DNA of 64,000 nt, from positions 21,286-85,285 of the forward strand of contig JAUWCL010000006.1 in NCBI GenBank assembly GCA_030609325.1. Direction: 5' to 3'. Under the pieces are notes generated by a model, which saw only the letters and a program-made list of their open reading frames with translations, ran no database searches and was not told the DNA's origin. The translations under genes were made by a program, and so were the position numbers. This document shows positions 51,468 through 60,370 of this stretch, piece after piece. Source of the DNA: Candidatus Krumholzibacteriota bacterium (lineage in GTDB: Bacteria > Krumholzibacteriota > Krumholzibacteriia > Krumholzibacteriales > Krumholzibacteriaceae). Position 1 is the first letter of the stretch. Every line of letters begins with the position of its first letter.

Positions 51468-52967
51468 ATGTCGATGGAGGATAAAGTGAGATTGAATTCG
51501 GGCAGAACATTCCGTCCGGTATTGATGGTCTTCGCAGCGGCGATTGTCGTTCTTCAGCCGTTTCCGGCACTCGGAGACGGAATCAGGATCAGGTCCCTCG
51601 CCGACGCCCGGCTCGCACTCGAGGACCGGGACAACCGGATCAACCCTTACGATTTCGGGCGGAACCCCGCCTGGCTGCTGCAGGACTTCGATTTTCGCTA
51701 CCTGAGATTCATCGGCAGCCTCTACGAGGTATCGGGCGACCTGCGGCGCGACTTCGACCCTCACCTTGTCAATGATCTCTATGTAGGCGCCGAAGGCATC
51801 AAGCAGCTCAGCGACAGGCAGGCCGTCAGGGGATATATTGACTACCAGCGCCTGCGCGACCGCGAGGTGTACAGGAACCTCGAAAGCGACCAGTACAACG
51901 ACCCCTTCTATCTCAACGACCAGACGACGGGGGATTTCGAATATTACGGCCCGAGGACCAGTATAGACTGGTCGATCAGGCTCGCAGACGGACTCTGCTT
52001 CGGCGCGGGGCTCGATTACAATATCAACACCGGCCTTAAGCAGACTTATACGAGGCCAGAGATCGTGCACAACTACTTCCAGGGGATCTTCGGGCTGACA
52101 TGGGAGCCGGCCCGCAGGTGGGTCCTCGGCATCGCCTACAGGCCGGCGAGGCTGCAGAACAGGACGAAGTTCGCGAGGCCGGACGAGGGCTACGACAACG
52201 TGATCCAGGGATACGCCGGCGACGGGATATTCGAGGTTCGGTCGTTCAGCAGCTATACGATCACCGAGATCGAGATAAGCCATCATGTCGACCTGCAGGG
52301 ATTCTATATCGGCGATGATCTAAAGGCCGGAGTGACGGCGAGGGGCGGAATCAGCGAGAACGATCTAAAGTACAACGCAACCCACCAGTATCCAAAGGGA
52401 TACTGGAAGGAAGAGCTCATGGACGTCGATTTCCGTGCGAGGTACACGCCTTCGGGAAAACCGCTCGCGCTCGGCGTCAGCGCCAGGTACCTCAGCGACG
52501 ACGGCTGGGGCATCAGGCCCGACTTCGAGGACGTTCTTCTCTACGACAATCCCTACTCGATGTATTCGGCCGGGATCGGGCTCGCGTACAGGTTCATGCC
52601 GATCGATGTCATGATCCTCGGCGAATACATCTATAAAAAGTACGATATCGAGGTGTACGACAACGGGGCGAGCCTCTACAGGAAAGCGGACCATACCTCG
52701 AACATCGGCCGCGTCGCCCTGGAGAAGAACATTTCCAACGTCTATTCGTTCAGGGCGGGCTACGAATACGTCGACTATCCGATAGACAGGTGGCTCAAGC
52801 TGCCGAGGAACATCGACACGTCGAGGATCACCGCAGGTTTCGATGCCTACGTGGGCGGATGGAACGTCGCCATGCACCTCGAGTACGGCCTCGGAAAGCA
52901 GAAGGAGTCCGACGCCGAACGGCAGCAGCTCGGCGCTGTCCTGTGGTTCACGAAGCACATCAACTGA
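51468..52967 (+). CDS. predicted outer-membrane beta-barrel protein of unknown family
   Basis: 499 aa with an N-terminal hydrophobic signal (PVLMVFAAAIVVLQPFPALG). The composition is Tyr/Gly/Asp/Arg-rich with alternating strands throughout. It starts 3 nt after the previous gene. Confidence 0.5.
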   Translation: MSMEDKVRLNSGRTFRPVLMVFAAAIVVLQPFPALGDGIRIRSLADARLALEDRDNRINPYDFGRNPAWLLQDFDFRYLRFIGSLYEVSGDLRRDFDPHLVNDLYVGAEGIKQLSDRQAVRGYIDYQRLRDREVYRNLESDQYNDPFYLNDQTTGDFEYYGPRTSIDWSIRLADGLCFGAGLDYNINTGLKQTYTRPEIVHNYFQGIFGLTWEPARRWVLGIAYRPARLQNRTKFARPDEGYDNVIQGYAGDGIFEVRSFSSYTITEIEISHHVDLQGFYIGDDLKAGVTARGGISENDLKYNATHQYPKGYWKEELMDVDFRARYTPSGKPLALGVSARYLSDDGWGIRPDFEDVLLYDNPYSMYSAGIGLAYRFMPIDVMILGEYIYKKYDIEVYDNGASLYRKADHTSNIGRVALEKNISNVYSFRAGYEYVDYPIDRWLKLPRNIDTSRITAGFDAYVGGWNVAMHLEYGLGKQKESDAERQQLGAVLWFTKHIN

Positions 52968-53115
52968 TAGTTGTAAGCATAATTTGACAGATGTGTTAAA
53001 ATCGCTTGGTCTTATTGAGGTGTTCTGACAGAAATGAAAAGGAGGTGAATCTTTCGACAAGGCTAAATTCCCCTGTTACGTGGTATTGATGCAGCAGTTA
53101 CAGGAGGTGGCTTAC

Positions 53116-55314
53116 ATGAGAATTATCAGCTGTTGTATCGCCCTGATGCTTCTCCTCACCGGGCCTGCCAGCGCCCAGTGGACGGTGGAGTACCAGAGAG
53201 AAAAGTTAGATACATACTACGGGATCGCATTCCCGTCCGCCAGCGTCGGCTACATCGTCGGCGGAGGGGGCATCATCCTGAAAACGACCGATGGCGGAAG
53301 CACATGGGTCGATCAGACCTTGCCGGTCCCCGATTCGTTTTTCGACGTATTCTTCCTCGATGAGAATACCGGCTGGGCCGTCGGCGACAACGGCGCGATC
53401 GTCTATACGATCAACGGCGGCACGAACTGGATCGAGCATTCGCAGAGCAAGGTCCTCACGACGGCGGATCTCAACACGGTCTACTTCGTGGACGATTACG
53501 GCTGGACCGGAGGCGACTCGGAGGACATCTTCCGCACGACGGACGGCGGAACGACCTGGTACCTCGTCGAGGCGCTCGGCAGCAACTCGGAGGTCGAGGG
53601 CATCAGCTTCGTCGACACCCTCGTCGGTTACGCGGCGGTCGACGGCGATGGCATCATCTATTCGACCGACGGCGGTCTCAACTGGACCGCTGCCAGCGTC
53701 AACCTCGGTCCCTATCCCTACACGAGGTTCGACATCGAAGAGATCTTCACGGTTGACGACACGCTTGCGGTGGCTACAGGCTGGGGCTCGCTGGTCGGTC
53801 CGCAGCCGACGATCATCGTCGTCTCCACCGATGCCGGACAGACATGGAACTGTCCCGACACCACCTATTCCTGGAACTCCTACACCTACGGGCACGGCAT
53901 CAACATGTTCGATGACGGCGAGGTCGTCATCGTCGGTGGAGGATCGGGCTTCGCCGCCCCGAACATTCACAGCAGCATCGACCTGAGCACATGGTCGAGG
54001 GTGCAGGAATTCTACGGCGACGACCTGCGCGACTGCGCGGTCATTCCGGGTACGAACACGATCATGGCGGTCGGCGGCAACGGGACTATCGGCACGTCGA
54101 CCGACAAGGGCCAGACATGGTCCTTCAACTTCGACCCGGACTTCGGATTCGCCGGTATCAAGGGGATGATGAATGTCGGGACGACGACATTTGCCGTCGG
54201 GACGAACGGCCTCTTCATGAAGAAAGAAGCGGCCGACGACTGGGAGGTCTCGCTGGCGGCGCCCCTGGGGTTCGCACCGATACTCCACGATGTCTGGTAT
54301 CTAGACGGAGTCATCTGCGTCAGCGGCCAGTACGATTATCTCATAAAATCGGCTGATATGGGCGCGACCTGGACCCAGCTGTACCATTCGGCGTCGCTTT
54401 CCGACGCGATGTACAAGATGCACTGGTTCGACGCTCTCAACGGCCTGCTCGTCGGGGAGTACGCCGGCGACGACGCGATCTACACGACGGACGACGGCGG
54501 CGCGACACGGACGCTGATCTGGCATAACGTGAAGAGTTACCAGTTCAACAGCGTGCATTTCGCCCCCGGTCAGGGAAAATTCGGAGTCATCGGCGGCGAC
54601 GACATCGGCCTGTACTACACGATAGACGGCGGACTGACATGGAACGCGGGCGTTCATGATGTCGCGACTGCCACGAATGACATCGAGGAAGTCTTCATGG
54701 TCAACAGCAAAGAGGTCTGGGCCGTGGGCGACAACGGTACCATCGTCAAGTCGACAGACGGCGGCGCGAACTGGTTCCAGCAGCCGTCGTGGACGACCAC
54801 TATCGAGCTGATGGATCTCGACTTCAACCCGCTGAACGGACATGGCTGGATCTCGGGCAACGACCAGACGGCCCGCCACAGCAAGGACGGCGGCGCGACA
54901 TGGATCGATCTCAGTCCGACGCTCGGGGCAGTCGGCGACGATATAGACTGCGTCTACCTGCAGAACGAGACGCACAAGCTGTACATCGGCACTGACCACT
55001 GCATGATCCAGTACTGGGACAGCTCGCCGACAGGCGACATGCCGAAAAGCCTGCCGTTCGTTCTCAACCAGAACTATCCCAACCCCTTCAATCCGTCGAC
55101 GACGATCAGCTTCACGCTCGACAGGGACGGCTTCGTCTCGCTGAACGTCTACGACGTGGCCGGAAGGGTCGTTGCGACGATTCTGAACAAAACGATGACG
55201 GCCGGCAGTTACGATGTTGGATTCAATGCGAAAAGTCTCTCTTCGGGCGTCTACTTCTATAAGCTGAAGACGGCTGACCAGGAGATGACGAGGAAGATGA
55301 TTCTTCTGCGGTAA
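53116..55314 (+). CDS. BNR/Asp-box repeat (Ycf48/sortilin-like double beta-propeller) protein with a T9SS-type C-terminal sorting domain
   Basis: AGGAGG RBS and signal MRIISCCIALMLLLTGPASAQ. About 11 Asp-box motifs are present (TTDGGSTW, TINGGTNW, TTDGGTTW, STDGGLNW, STDAGQTW, STDKGQTW, SADMGATW, TIDGGLTW, STDGGANW, SKDGGATW). The C-terminus is LNQNYPNPFNPSTTISFTL...VYDVAGRVV...SGVYFYKLKTADQEMTRKMILLR. Confidence 0.8.
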   Translation: MRIISCCIALMLLLTGPASAQWTVEYQREKLDTYYGIAFPSASVGYIVGGGGIILKTTDGGSTWVDQTLPVPDSFFDVFFLDENTGWAVGDNGAIVYTINGGTNWIEHSQSKVLTTADLNTVYFVDDYGWTGGDSEDIFRTTDGGTTWYLVEALGSNSEVEGISFVDTLVGYAAVDGDGIIYSTDGGLNWTAASVNLGPYPYTRFDIEEIFTVDDTLAVATGWGSLVGPQPTIIVVSTDAGQTWNCPDTTYSWNSYTYGHGINMFDDGEVVIVGGGSGFAAPNIHSSIDLSTWSRVQEFYGDDLRDCAVIPGTNTIMAVGGNGTIGTSTDKGQTWSFNFDPDFGFAGIKGMMNVGTTTFAVGTNGLFMKKEAADDWEVSLAAPLGFAPILHDVWYLDGVICVSGQYDYLIKSADMGATWTQLYHSASLSDAMYKMHWFDALNGLLVGEYAGDDAIYTTDDGGATRTLIWHNVKSYQFNSVHFAPGQGKFGVIGGDDIGLYYTIDGGLTWNAGVHDVATATNDIEEVFMVNSKEVWAVGDNGTIVKSTDGGANWFQQPSWTTTIELMDLDFNPLNGHGWISGNDQTARHSKDGGATWIDLSPTLGAVGDDIDCVYLQNETHKLYIGTDHCMIQYWDSSPTGDMPKSLPFVLNQNYPNPFNPSTTISFTLDRDGFVSLNVYDVAGRVVATILNKTMTAGSYDVGFNAKSLSSGVYFYKLKTADQEMTRKMILLR

Positions 55315-55336
55315 AACCCGATACCGCGTGCATTGC

Positions 55337-55369
55337 GAGGGGGCGGTTCCTGCCCGCCCCCTCTTTCTC
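55337..55369 (+). terminator. rho-independent terminator
   Basis: GAGGGGGCGG-ttcctgc-CCGCCCCCTC followed by TTTCTC. Confidence 0.6.
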
Positions 55370-55538
55370 AAATCAAGGTGACAGAGGGCGACGGGCACAT
55401 ACATCCTGCGCATACCGAACCGATTCGTTGCATCCTGACAACCTGGAATCAAAAGGTTTTAAAGTAGTATAAATATATAAAAATAATAAGGCAGTAAACA
55501 CTCAGTCGTCAGAACACTGAAGAGGAGGATTCCTGAGA

Positions 55539-58500
55539 ATGAAATGGACGATTACAGTCTGGGCGCTCGCGCTGGCCGTCACGGCGGCCATGCTGCCCGT
55601 CGCCGCCGTGGCTGTTGACGGTCCCGGCGAGCCGCTGCGGCTGATGAGACGGCCCGACATCCACAACGGCACAATAGTCTTTGCTTGGCAGGGCGATCTC
55701 TGGTCGGTGCCCGAGGCAGGCGGCGTCGCGAGACGGCTCACGGTGCACGACGGCACCGAGAACTACCCGAAATTCTCGCCGGACGGTAGTCAGATCGCCT
55801 TCAACGGCACCTTCAACGGGAGAAGAGGATCCCTGTTGGTCATGCCTGCCTCCGGCGGAAGGCCGAAGCAGCTCACGTGGCATACGGACGGCGCCATACC
55901 CGTTGAATGGACTCCGGACGGCGGGAGCATAGTCTTTCGCTCGTCGCGCGAGTCGTTCGCCCGTTTCTTCCAGCAGTTCTTCGTCGTGCCCGCGGACGGC
56001 GGCTTGCCTGTCGACATGGGGATCGGAAAGGCGAGCTTCGGCAGCTTCTCGCCCGACGGCAAGAAAATAGCCTTCAACAGACACCCCGGCAGGTGGTGGT
56101 GGTGGAAGAGATACAAGGGCAGTCAGAACCTCGATGTCTGGATCTATGATCTGGAAGAGGAGACATACAGGCGCCTGACCGATTACGAGGGGAACGATTC
56201 CTGGCCGATGTGGGTCGGGAAGAGGATCTATTTCGTATCCGACCGCGATAACGACGTGAGAAATATCTACGCATACGATCTCGAAACAGACCGGGTACGG
56301 CAGGTGACCGAATTCGAAAAGCGCGGGATCACCTGGCCCTCGATGAGTGCTGACGGCAGCAGGATCGTCTTCGAGAGGGAAGCGAGACTCTACGTTCTCG
56401 ACACGGAGACCGAGGAAGCCAGGGAGGTGGTTGTTTACGCGCCGAGCGACGATCGCGGCGACATGACGAGCTACATAAATCCACTGAAGTATCTGTCCGG
56501 ATTCGATATCTCGCCGACCGGCAAGAGGATCGTCTTCGAGGCGAGGGGCGAGATCTATACCGCTCCGGCAAAGCACGGCGACGTGCGCAATATCACGAAA
56601 TCTTCCGGCTCGCGCGATTCGGGTCCTTCCTGGTCCCCTGACGGGAAATGGATTGCCTACGTCTCGGACAGGACCGGAGACGACGAGATCTACCTCGTCG
56701 ACCAGATGGGAAAGGAACCCGAGAAGCGCCTCACTGACACAGGGCATTTCAAGAAAGGCCTGATGTGGTCGCCGGAGAGCGACGGGCTGCTCTATTCGAC
56801 CGAGGCGAACGAGCTTTGGTTGCTCAAAATCGATGGGGGGGACCCATTTCTCGTCAACAGAAACGAGCACAGGGATATTGCCACGTACAACTGGTCGCCA
56901 GACGGACGGTGGATCGCGTATGATTTCGCCAGAAGGAACAGGGCGAGGGACATCTACATATATGACACCAAAAAGAAGGAGCACCACCAGGTCACCAGCA
57001 ACCTCGCCGACGACACGGAACCGTATTTCACGCCCGACGGGAAATACCTCCTTCTCATTTCCGACAGGCAGGGGGGCTTGAAGGCCCTGTGCAGGGTCAG
57101 CCTTCTCCCCGAGGAGGAAGAACCTTTCAGACACGAGGATGACGAGGAGAATGTCGACGGGGTAAACGGTGACGATGATGAGGACGACGAGGATGACGCG
57201 GACGACAATGGTGATGACGAGAAGAAAGGAAAGAAAGGAAAGAAAGAGAAGAAGAAGGTCAAGGTCAAGGTCGAGATCGATTTCGACGGTCTCGAGGGCC
57301 GCATGAGGCATGTCGGAAGGGTCAGATCGAGAAGCCTGCGAAACATCCAGGCGGCGGACAAGTACTATTACTACCTGGTCACCGGCAAGGTCAGGGTGAT
57401 GTTCAGGCATATATACGATCTGTATGCCTTCAATACCGAGAAGCTGGAGACCGAGCTCGTGGCCTCGACGATAACAGCTTACGGGATATCGGCGAACGGA
57501 AAGAAGATCGGGTTATTCGACGGATCGGACTTCGAGATCCTGAAGGTCGGGTCCAAGGCTTCTTCCTCGAAGAGCAAGACCACGGCCTCCAAGGACAAGA
57601 AGGAGAGCGGAAAGCTCAATATCAAGCGCAAGGTAGTCATGGAGCTCGACCGCGAAGCTGAATGGCGTCAGATAATTCGCGAGGGATGGAGGGTCGTAAA
57701 GTACCATTTCTACGATTCGAACCTGCACGGAGTCGACTGGGACGATATCGGGGAGTATTACGAGGGCCTTCTGCCCTGGGTCAGGACACGCAGGGAGCTC
57801 AATATCCTGATGACCGAGATGGTGGGCGAGCTCAACGCCTCCCATCAGGGCGCCTCCGGCGGAGACACCGGCTCGGTACCGACAACGTCTCTGGCGTATA
57901 TGGGTGCTAAGCTCGTTCTCGACGAAAAGAACGGGTATGCCCGCTTCGAGAAGATATACGAAGGGAACAGGTTCTCGAGGAAGGAGTTTTCTCCGCTCGA
58001 CGCCGATTATATCAAGATAAAGGAAGGGGACTACCTTCTGGCGATAGACGGCAGCGAGCTGCAGCCGGGAGAGAATTTCAACAGGTATCTCGTTAGCAAG
58101 ATGAGGAACAAGGTGAGAATCCTGACCAACGACAAGCCCTCGCTCAAGGGCGCTGTCGAGACCGCTTTCAAGCCTATGGGATACGACGGCACGCTGCGGT
58201 ACAAGAGCTGGGTCGACGGGAACGAGAGGTATGTGGATGCGGAAAGCAGCGACCGGATAGGGTACATGCACCTGAAGGATATGAGTAGCAGCGGCTGGGT
58301 CGAATTCAGGGAGCAATTCGAAAGGTTCAAGTACAGGGATGCGATCATCATCGACGTGAGGTACAACGGAGGCGGGTACATCGACACGAGGATCATCGAT
58401 TACCTCGAGCGCCGTCCCTATCACATCCAACGCTCGAGAGGCGAGTCGTCTATCACGAGACCGGAGGACGTCTTCACCGGCGAGGTCGTCGTCCTGATAA

Positions 58501-58847
58501 ACGAGTACTCGTACTCGGACGCCGAGGTGTTTCCCAGCGCGGTCAAGGAGCGGGGGCTCGGGACCGTCATCGGCGTTCCGACGCTCGGGTTCGTTATCGC
58601 CGTTATGCCCCATTACCTGATCGACGGCGGATCGATCCGTAAAACCTTCGTCGGCATCTGGGAGGAAAGCACCGGTGCGCAGCTCGAGAGCCGCGGCGCC
58701 ATCCCCGACATCTACGTCGAGAGTCCGCCCGAGATGGAGAAGATCGGGCGCGACATGCAGCTCGAGAAGGCGACGGAGTTCCTGATGGAGAAGATCGGGG
58801 ACAAACCGCGCGATCACGAGGCGAAGGTAAAGATCGACGAGCGGTAA
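55539..58847 (+). CDS. tricorn protease homolog (beta-propellers + PDZ + S41 peptidase)
   Basis: 1102 aa with a signal peptide. It has TolB/PD40-like repeats (FSPDGSQIAFNG, FSPDGKKIAFN, WSPDGKWIAYVSDR, WSPDGRWIAYDF). Tricorn-type motifs are ELNASHQGASGGD, IIDVRYNGGGYID and INEYSYSDAEVFP. Confidence 0.88.
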   Translation: MKWTITVWALALAVTAAMLPVAAVAVDGPGEPLRLMRRPDIHNGTIVFAWQGDLWSVPEAGGVARRLTVHDGTENYPKFSPDGSQIAFNGTFNGRRGSLLVMPASGGRPKQLTWHTDGAIPVEWTPDGGSIVFRSSRESFARFFQQFFVVPADGGLPVDMGIGKASFGSFSPDGKKIAFNRHPGRWWWWKRYKGSQNLDVWIYDLEEETYRRLTDYEGNDSWPMWVGKRIYFVSDRDNDVRNIYAYDLETDRVRQVTEFEKRGITWPSMSADGSRIVFEREARLYVLDTETEEAREVVVYAPSDDRGDMTSYINPLKYLSGFDISPTGKRIVFEARGEIYTAPAKHGDVRNITKSSGSRDSGPSWSPDGKWIAYVSDRTGDDEIYLVDQMGKEPEKRLTDTGHFKKGLMWSPESDGLLYSTEANELWLLKIDGGDPFLVNRNEHRDIATYNWSPDGRWIAYDFARRNRARDIYIYDTKKKEHHQVTSNLADDTEPYFTPDGKYLLLISDRQGGLKALCRVSLLPEEEEPFRHEDDEENVDGVNGDDDEDDEDDADDNGDDEKKGKKGKKEKKKVKVKVEIDFDGLEGRMRHVGRVRSRSLRNIQAADKYYYYLVTGKVRVMFRHIYDLYAFNTEKLETELVASTITAYGISANGKKIGLFDGSDFEILKVGSKASSSKSKTTASKDKKESGKLNIKRKVVMELDREAEWRQIIREGWRVVKYHFYDSNLHGVDWDDIGEYYEGLLPWVRTRRELNILMTEMVGELNASHQGASGGDTGSVPTTSLAYMGAKLVLDEKNGYARFEKIYEGNRFSRKEFSPLDADYIKIKEGDYLLAIDGSELQPGENFNRYLVSKMRNKVRILTNDKPSLKGAVETAFKPMGYDGTLRYKSWVDGNERYVDAESSDRIGYMHLKDMSSSGWVEFREQFERFKYRDAIIIDVRYNGGGYIDTRIIDYLERRPYHIQRSRGESSITRPEDVFTGEVVVLINEYSYSDAEVFPSAVKERGLGTVIGVPTLGFVIAVMPHYLIDGGSIRKTFVGIWEESTGAQLESRGAIPDIYVESPPEMEKIGRDMQLEKATEFLMEKIGDKPRDHEAKVKIDER

Positions 58848-58880
58848 GCGATTTATCGAAAGCGATAATAGTGTGATGAT

Positions 58881-58920
58881 AGAAGCCGGCAATCAGAGAT
58901 TGCCGGCTTCTTATATATAT
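58881..58920 (+). terminator. strong rho-independent terminator
   Basis: AGAAGCCGGCAAT-cagag-ATTGCCGGCTTCT (13-bp perfect stem) followed by a T/A-rich tract. Confidence 0.7.
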
Positions 58921-59164
58921 GAGAGATTAACCTTGGATGTGGCACAGTGAACGGGGGAAGGTCACCGGTTCCAATATGCACTTCGCCGCAATCCTCGATT
59001 GAATGGAGTAGTTGCCTCGGCGCCTTTGCTTTGAATCGTCTCCGAACCGCCCCGCTGGAAAAGACCCTCGGGAGAATCATGCTTAATCTGTGGCCTGCGT
59101 TTTCCACATCACAACAGACAACAGACGGGGCTGATTTTTCTCGCGCCCGTAAAAGGAGGATATA

Positions 59165-60298
59165 ATGAGGTTATTATCCCTGATGATGCTGTTTTCTTCT
59201 TTGATTATTTTATCCGGTTGCGCTAGTAATAAAATTCAAATGGATATCAAAAAAGATACATTCGGTAAAGCAGGGAATGGCCGGCAGGTCGACATATACA
59301 CGTTAACCAATGCCAATGGCATACAGGTGCGCATCACCAATTACGGAGCTGTCGTACAATCGCTCATTGTTCCCGATCGCGATGGAAAATACGAAGACGT
59401 AGTGCTGGGATACGATAAATTGGAAGATTATCTGAAAGATTCGCCATATTTCGGGGCCATTGTGGGTCGTTATGGCAATCGTATTGCAAAGGGCAAGTTC
59501 ACACTGGATGGAGTTGAATACACCCTGGCAACGAATAATGGCGCCAATCACCTGCATGGCGGACTAACGGGTTTGGACAAGGTGGTCTGGGATGCCAAAC
59601 CAGTAAAGAAGGAAAACGAGGTTGGAGTAGAGCTGACCTGCCTTAGTAAGGATGGCGAAGAGGGTTATCCTGGAAATCTGCAATCGACGGTAGTCTATAC
59701 TCTGAATAATGCCAACGAACTGCATATTGAATATACATCATCGACCGATAAAGCCACGCCGGTCAATCTGACGCACCATGGATATTTCAATCTTAGCGGT
59801 AATTGCAAAACAGATATTCTGAGCCATGAAATATGGATAAATGCCGATTATTTCACCCCTGTTGACGAAGGTTTAATCCCCACGGGTGAACTGCGTTCCG
59901 TGAAAGGAACCCCGATGAACCTTGCCATACCTGCGGTTATAGGCGCAGGAATAAATGAAGACGACAGGCAGTTAAAGTACGGATTGGGATATGATCACAA
60001 CTGGGTCCTGAATGACGTGGACGGAACGATGAAATTACAGGCCTCGTTGTATGAACCCGTCAGCGGCAGGATGATGGAAGTCTACACGGTTGAACCGGGT
60101 TTGCAGTTCTATTCGGGCAATTTCCTGGACGGCAGCAACGTGGGTAAAAGCGGAAAAGAATATAAGCACCGCTACGGCCTGTGCCTGGAGACTCAGCATT
60201 ATCCGGATTCACCGAACAAACCGGAATTCCCATCTACTGTTTTAAGGCCGGGAGAAACATATCACACGAAAACGATTTATAAATTTACGGTTAAATAG
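59165..60298 (+). CDS. galM: aldose 1-epimerase (galactose mutarotase) with a lipoprotein signal
   Basis: Motifs GAIVGRYGNRIAKGKFTLDGVEYTLATNNGANHLHGG and LTHHGYFNL. N-terminus MRLLSLMMLFSSLIILSGC. AGGAGG RBS. Confidence 0.88.
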   Translation: MRLLSLMMLFSSLIILSGCASNKIQMDIKKDTFGKAGNGRQVDIYTLTNANGIQVRITNYGAVVQSLIVPDRDGKYEDVVLGYDKLEDYLKDSPYFGAIVGRYGNRIAKGKFTLDGVEYTLATNNGANHLHGGLTGLDKVVWDAKPVKKENEVGVELTCLSKDGEEGYPGNLQSTVVYTLNNANELHIEYTSSTDKATPVNLTHHGYFNLSGNCKTDILSHEIWINADYFTPVDEGLIPTGELRSVKGTPMNLAIPAVIGAGINEDDRQLKYGLGYDHNWVLNDVDGTMKLQASLYEPVSGRMMEVYTVEPGLQFYSGNFLDGSNVGKSGKEYKHRYGLCLETQHYPDSPNKPEFPSTVLRPGETYHTKTIYKFTVK

Positions 60299-60370
60299 AA
60301 AAAGAGTACAAAGGCCGCGGTCGATTGTCATTCCACCGGCAAGATTACCGGGCAAAAAAAGGATGACAAA

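Noticed and set aside
50337-52286. 649-aa minus-strand ORF spanning the second LTD lipoprotein gene and the 499-aa barrel gene. Similar long shadows lie at 55509..57410, 57513..58892, 53206..54288 and 54301..55452.
   Set aside because: It crosses a gene boundary of two well-supported plus-strand genes. Its composition is Arg/Pro/Val/Asp-dominated and it shows no recognisable domain.
58853-59165. ORFs 58853..59107 (-) and 58947..59165 (+) in the junction before the gal block.
   Set aside because: They have no RBS, no motifs and mutually overlapping frames. They overlap the terminator or the galM ribosome-binding region, so they are more likely non-coding junction sequence.
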